From: Verrucomicrobiaceae bacterium
Lineage (GTDB): Bacteria; Verrucomicrobiota; Verrucomicrobiia; Verrucomicrobiales; Akkermansiaceae
Assembly (NCBI GenBank): GCA_051252135.1
Contig: JBPOGH010000001.1
Coordinates: forward strand, 416,001-480,000
Direction: 5' to 3'
DNA: 64,000 nt
Made by a program: the position numbers and the translations under genes. Under the pieces are notes generated by a model. It saw only the letters and a list, made by a program, of their open reading frames with translations, had not been told where the DNA came from and searched no databases. Numbering within the stretch: position 1 is the stretch's first letter; each line of letters begins with the position of its first letter. Shown here piece by piece: positions 59,729 to 64,000 of this stretch.

Positions 59729-61417
59729 ATGAAACTTCTTTGCCTGATTCTCCTTAGCCTCCTCCCCCCGGTCCACGCTCAAGAGAAGGTAAAGAACGCC
59801 CCCTGTCGCTGCTGCCAACTCAACCGGGTCTTCGCCCCCTACCTCAAAGACCTCCCCCCTCCCATTCTTCACAAAGGCATTGGCACCAGCAGCCTCAAAA
59901 TCTCAACCAAATCTCCCGAAGCCCAACGCTGGTTCAACCAAGGCCTTTGCCTCCTCCACGCCTTTTGGGAGTTCGAGGCCTACCGCTCCTTCCTTCAGGC
60001 GGCCGAGGCCGATCCCGACTGCGCCATGGCCTACTGGGGAATTGCCATGTCACTTCCCGGCAAACTCCCCGAATCCCGGGTCGAAAGAAATGCCGCCCTC
60101 GAACGAGCCCTCGAACTCTCTCCAAAAGCCTCCCCACACGAGCAAGCCTACATCACCGTCCTCCAATCCCTCATCAACAGCGGCTCCACCCGTGCCATCG
60201 AAAACATCCGGACTCTTCTCAAAAAATTCCCGGACGATCCCGAAGCCGGAGGCTTTCTAGCATACTGGCTCCGCGATGGCTTTAAGGACGGAAAACCCGG
60301 GCCCGGCACCTCCGCCGGCCTCGAAGTTCTCGACGAGCATCTGAAACGCCACCCGAAACACCCGGGCCTCCACCACTACCGCATCCACCTCCTCGAGCCC
60401 GGACCGGATTTCGCCACCGCCCTCGATTCCGCACTCCTCCTCCCCGAGATCACCCCCAACGCCCCCCACCTCGTCCACATGCCGGGGCACATTTTTCATC
60501 TCCAGGGAGACTATCACCGCGCCGTCCTCATCTTCCAACTCGCCCGCCGCGTCGAGGAATCCTATCTCAAAGTCCAAGGCATCCCCCCCATCGACTCGCC
60601 CAACTACCTGCACAACCTCCACTTCCTTGTCTTCTCCGCCCTCGAATCAGGAGAGGTTGATCAAGCTCTCGAAGCCGCGGTCTCCTTCGCCAGCATCAAA
60701 ATCCCCGAAGGCCGCAACCAAGCCATCGGCTCCTACCAAACCAACTACCTTTCCCAGCAACTCCCGGCCCTCGTTCATGCCCGCATGGGCAACTATGGCG
60801 AAGCCGCTTCTCTCATCGACCCCGAAGCCCACACCGACGGCACCCCGCCCTACTTCTTCCTCCAGGGATTCAAAACCTACTTCGAAGTCCGTCAACTGAT
60901 GGCTCAGACAAAAGAAGCTGACCGCACCGCACTGCTCAAAGCCCGCCTCAAATTTCGGCAAATCCTTCGCTCCTACAAAGCGGCCAAGCCCATCGTCGAC
61001 ACCGTCGGTGAATCAATGCCCTACGAGACCAGCATGATCACCCTCGACCTTCTCGACATCGAACTCCGCGCCTTCTTCGAATCTCCCCAAGCGGACGACG
61101 ACACACTCCGAAGCACCATGGAGCTCGCCAGCGAAAAACAAAACTCCCTCGCTTACATCGAACCCCCGTTCCTTCCTTGGAACGTCGAAGAACAATTCGG
61201 CAACCTCTGGCTCCAACGGAAGAACAAGGAAGAAGCCGCCAAGTGGTTCCGTAAATCGCTCAAACTTCGTCCCAAGTCAGGACCCGCTCTCCTCGGACTC
61301 GCTCGCGCCACCGGTCAAAAGGAAGACTACCGGGCCTTCCTCGAATCATGGCAACATGCCGATGGCGACCGCCCGGAGCTCACGGAAGCCCGCGAGTTCA
61401 TCGCAAACTCCCAATAA
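59729..61417 (+). CDS. Exported TPR-like protein with His-rich motifs
   Basis: Signal peptide, AQRWFNQGL, DPDCAMAYWGIA, HPGLHHYRIH, HLVHMPGHIF. Confidence 0.75.
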   Translation: MKLLCLILLSLLPPVHAQEKVKNAPCRCCQLNRVFAPYLKDLPPPILHKGIGTSSLKISTKSPEAQRWFNQGLCLLHAFWEFEAYRSFLQAAEADPDCAMAYWGIAMSLPGKLPESRVERNAALERALELSPKASPHEQAYITVLQSLINSGSTRAIENIRTLLKKFPDDPEAGGFLAYWLRDGFKDGKPGPGTSAGLEVLDEHLKRHPKHPGLHHYRIHLLEPGPDFATALDSALLLPEITPNAPHLVHMPGHIFHLQGDYHRAVLIFQLARRVEESYLKVQGIPPIDSPNYLHNLHFLVFSALESGEVDQALEAAVSFASIKIPEGRNQAIGSYQTNYLSQQLPALVHARMGNYGEAASLIDPEAHTDGTPPYFFLQGFKTYFEVRQLMAQTKEADRTALLKARLKFRQILRSYKAAKPIVDTVGESMPYETSMITLDLLDIELRAFFESPQADDDTLRSTMELASEKQNSLAYIEPPFLPWNVEEQFGNLWLQRKNKEEAAKWFRKSLKLRPKSGPALLGLARATGQKEDYRAFLESWQHADGDRPELTEAREFIANSQ

Positions 61418-61427
61418 CCGACGCCCG

Positions 61428-63041
61428 CTAAATGTTTGCGGGCTCGTAGTGGGGATCGTCTTCCGCCACTTCCACCGTCACAAACGAATCAGCCGTGTTG
61501 ATCATCTTCTGGCACGCCGGGCTTAAATGACGAAGCCTCACCCGCTTCCCGGCATTCTTGTAACGCTCCGTCAGTCCGTTGAGCGCCTCCAGGCTCGAGA
61601 AATCAGCCACGCGCGCGTCCTTGAAATCAATGATCACTTCGTCCGGATCATTCGAGGGAACCAACCGCTCCGCAAACTCACGCACCGATCCAAAATAAAG
61701 CACTCCCTGCAAATTGTAGATCCGCACGCCCTCTTGGCTGTCATCGCGCCGCATCCGCACATGCTTCGCACTCTCCCAGGCAAACACGAGAGCCGAAAGA
61801 ATCACTCCCACAAAGACTGCCAGAGCGAGATTGTGCATAAATACCGTGATCAACGTCACCGCAAGAATCACAAAAATCTCCGATAAAGGCACCCGTCCCC
61901 AGGTCTTCAACGTCGACCACTCAAAGGTCCCGATCACCACCATAAACATCACACCCACCAAGGCTGCTACCGGGATATGAACAATCACCGGACCACCCAC
62001 CATGATAAAGATCGCAAGCGCCAGCGCCGCCACGATTCCCGACCAACGTCCGCGACCACCCGATTTGATATTGATCAAACTCTGACCAATCATCGCACAA
62101 CCACCCATCCCGCCAAAGAGCCCGGAAAGGAAATTCGCCGAACCCTGGGCAAGGCACTCCTTGTTCCCCTTGCCCCGCGTCTCGGTCATATCGTCGATCA
62201 GCTGCAGCGTCATCAGAGACTCGATAATCCCCACCATCGCTGCCGAGAACGCCGTAATCACAATCAATAAGGTCGTTTCCTTGTTCCAAATAATGTCACT
62301 CGGCCACGCAGGCAGCGGAAAACTCCCCTTCAAAGTTCCGTCCCCACCACCGTTTTTCAAAACGTCCTCAATCGTCTTCGTCTCAAACAACCCAAAATAA
62401 CTCGCTCCCCCCACCACCAAAATCGCCACCAAAATCGAGGGCACCACATTCGTCAACTTCGGCAGAAATTGAATAATCGCCATCGTGATCGCCGCCAACA
62501 CGCCCATCATCACAATCGCATTCTGCTCCATCCAGATTCGCTTAAGGCTCCCCACAATCTCGGGATCAAAGTCCGGATTCGGCATCTTGAATGAGTCAAA
62601 CTGCGACATCAAAATCACAATCGCCAGACCATTCACAAAGCCCATCATCACCGGATGAGGCACCAGGCGGATAAAGCGACCCAGCTTTCCGATTCCGAAC
62701 AAAATCTGAATCACCCCCGCCACCATTAAGGTCATAAAAAGATACTGCAGACCCAGGTCCTCCACACCCCGCTCAAGGCCCGCCACGTTGCCAATCTCCA
62801 CCACTTTTCCCACCACCACCGCAATCGCTCCCGTCGCTCCGGAAATCATCCCCGGGCGCCCGCCGAAGGACGAGGTGATGAATCCCATAAACACCGCCGC
62901 CCACAGACCGACCAACGGATCAACTCCCGCAATAAAGGAAAACGCAATCGCTTCCGGCACCAGCGCCAGGGCCACGGTCAGTCCGGAGAGGGTGTCATCT
63001 TTCCAATTACCGTTCTGCTTCTTAATCAGGTTGAAAATCAT
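61428..63041 (-). CDS. SulP family anion permease with STAS domain
   Basis: [47 protein letters not shown] 63041 preferred. Confidence 0.92.
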   Translation of the reverse strand: MIFNLIKKQNGNWKDDTLSGLTVALALVPEAIAFSFIAGVDPLVGLWAAVFMGFITSSFGGRPGMISGATGAIAVVVGKVVEIGNVAGLERGVEDLGLQYLFMTLMVAGVIQILFGIGKLGRFIRLVPHPVMMGFVNGLAIVILMSQFDSFKMPNPDFDPEIVGSLKRIWMEQNAIVMMGVLAAITMAIIQFLPKLTNVVPSILVAILVVGGASYFGLFETKTIEDVLKNGGGDGTLKGSFPLPAWPSDIIWNKETTLLIVITAFSAAMVGIIESLMTLQLIDDMTETRGKGNKECLAQGSANFLSGLFGGMGGCAMIGQSLINIKSGGRGRWSGIVAALALAIFIMVGGPVIVHIPVAALVGVMFMVVIGTFEWSTLKTWGRVPLSEIFVILAVTLITVFMHNLALAVFVGVILSALVFAWESAKHVRMRRDDSQEGVRIYNLQGVLYFGSVREFAERLVPSNDPDEVIIDFKDARVADFSSLEALNGLTERYKNAGKRVRLRHLSPACQKMINTADSFVTVEVAEDDPHYEPANI

Positions 63042-63144
63042 GGAGTCGTGTGGGTTCCGCCAGCTGTCAGACAGCAAACAGTCACGCCGCCTTAAGGGCC
63101 TCCACCTCCATTTGCAAGAAGTTCGTCAGCTGAAAAACTCCCCC

Positions 63145-64000
63145 TCACCCCATCATCCGCTCAAAGGTCCAATAAAGCCCCACCACCGCAATCATCCCCG
63201 ATACCACTTTCCTGAAGCACGGAAACCACCCCTTCTTGAATCCCCAAAAAGTCAGCACGAACGCCATCACAAGCACCGTGATCTGCCCCAGCTCAACCCC
63301 CACATTGAATCCAATGAGCGGCTTCAAAAGCGAACCCGCGGGCAGGTCCAACTCCCCCATCACCGATGCAAACCCCATCCCGTGCAGCAAGCCCAACCCA
63401 AACACCAGTATCACCCGCCAAGGCTTCAATTCCTTCACCCAAAGGTTCTCGATCCCCACGTAGGCGATGCTCAACGCAATCATCGATTCCACAATCTGCG
63501 CCGGCACACTGAACACCCCCAGGATCACCAGAGCCAGAGTGATCGAGTGCGCCACCGTAAAGGCAGAGGTCTGGTAAAGCAGTGGCTTCCACTTCGGCTG
63601 AAGCAGGAAGAGACCCACGATGAAGAGGATGTGGTCCAATCCCATTGGCAGAATATGGACAAAACCCAGATGGATCCACTTCCACAGAGACAGAGCTCCG
63701 GCCTCCGTCGTCACCTTCCCGTCACTCGACACCCGAAAAACCGGCATCGCCCCCTCACCCGTCTCGAAAAGAAGCGCACCCTCCTCAAAGGGTTCCTGAA
63801 GCGCCTCCGCCCCCTTTAGCGACAACAAAAGAAGCGCCTCATCAGGATCCTCCCACGTAATGGTAAACACCCCCTCTTTACCCTCCGGAAGCTCCCCCTC
63901 CAACCTGGTGTGAATCAAGGCAACCCCCTCTTCATCCGTCTCAAAGCTCGGCGGAGTCTTTGCCAAATCGGGATAGCTGATCTCAAAGCCCAGCGCCTCG
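63145..64000 (-). CDS. HupE/UreJ family membrane protein (partial; frame open to the right edge)
   Basis: GFVHILPMGLDHILF, AFTVAHSITL, ESMIALSI, GLLHGMGFA, GFNVGVELGQ. Confidence 0.85.
   Translation of the reverse strand, partial: EALGFEISYPDLAKTPPSFETDEEGVALIHTRLEGELPEGKEGVFTITWEDPDEALLLLSLKGAEALQEPFEEGALLFETGEGAMPVFRVSSDGKVTTEAGALSLWKWIHLGFVHILPMGLDHILFIVGLFLLQPKWKPLLYQTSAFTVAHSITLALVILGVFSVPAQIVESMIALSIAYVGIENLWVKELKPWRVILVFGLGLLHGMGFASVMGELDLPAGSLLKPLIGFNVGVELGQITVLVMAFVLTFWGFKKGWFPCFRKVVSGMIAVVGLYWTFERMMG

Noticed and set aside
1..64000. CRISPR arrays, transposases, prophage or defence loci
   Set aside because: No regularly spaced direct repeats or matching proteins seen by eye. Short degenerate repeats could have been missed without computation.

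Overview
A gene-dense core-genome window from a bacterium, most likely Verrucomicrobiota (inferred from gene content and protein style, not from a search). It holds mcsA, exbD, hpf, a type IV pilus/T2SS block (two tandem PilB/GspE ATPases, pilC, one pseudopilin), ybeY with a PgpH-like HD protein, a large ABC fusion protein, an orphan ParA with a partner gene, hisBH, dnaA-dnaN, kdsB-pyrG-nagZ, rpsM-rpsK-rpsD, ftsK, tRNA-Leu(CAA), dapB-folK-panB-RF-like-thyA-folA, an SNF2 helicase, mfd-surA-coaD-cstA and sulP. I saw no mobile elements or CRISPR arrays. The strongest signal concerns translation initiation. An infA (IF-1) gene missed by the ORF track has an Arg/Gly-rich N-terminal extension and no ATG/GTG/TTG upstream of its conserved core, so it most likely starts at ATC/ATT. 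kdsB likewise appears to start at ATT behind a perfect AAGGAGG. Several other genes look leaderless. Also notable are a ParA plus Roadblock-like two-gene module and a DnaA-box cluster with no GC-skew flip.
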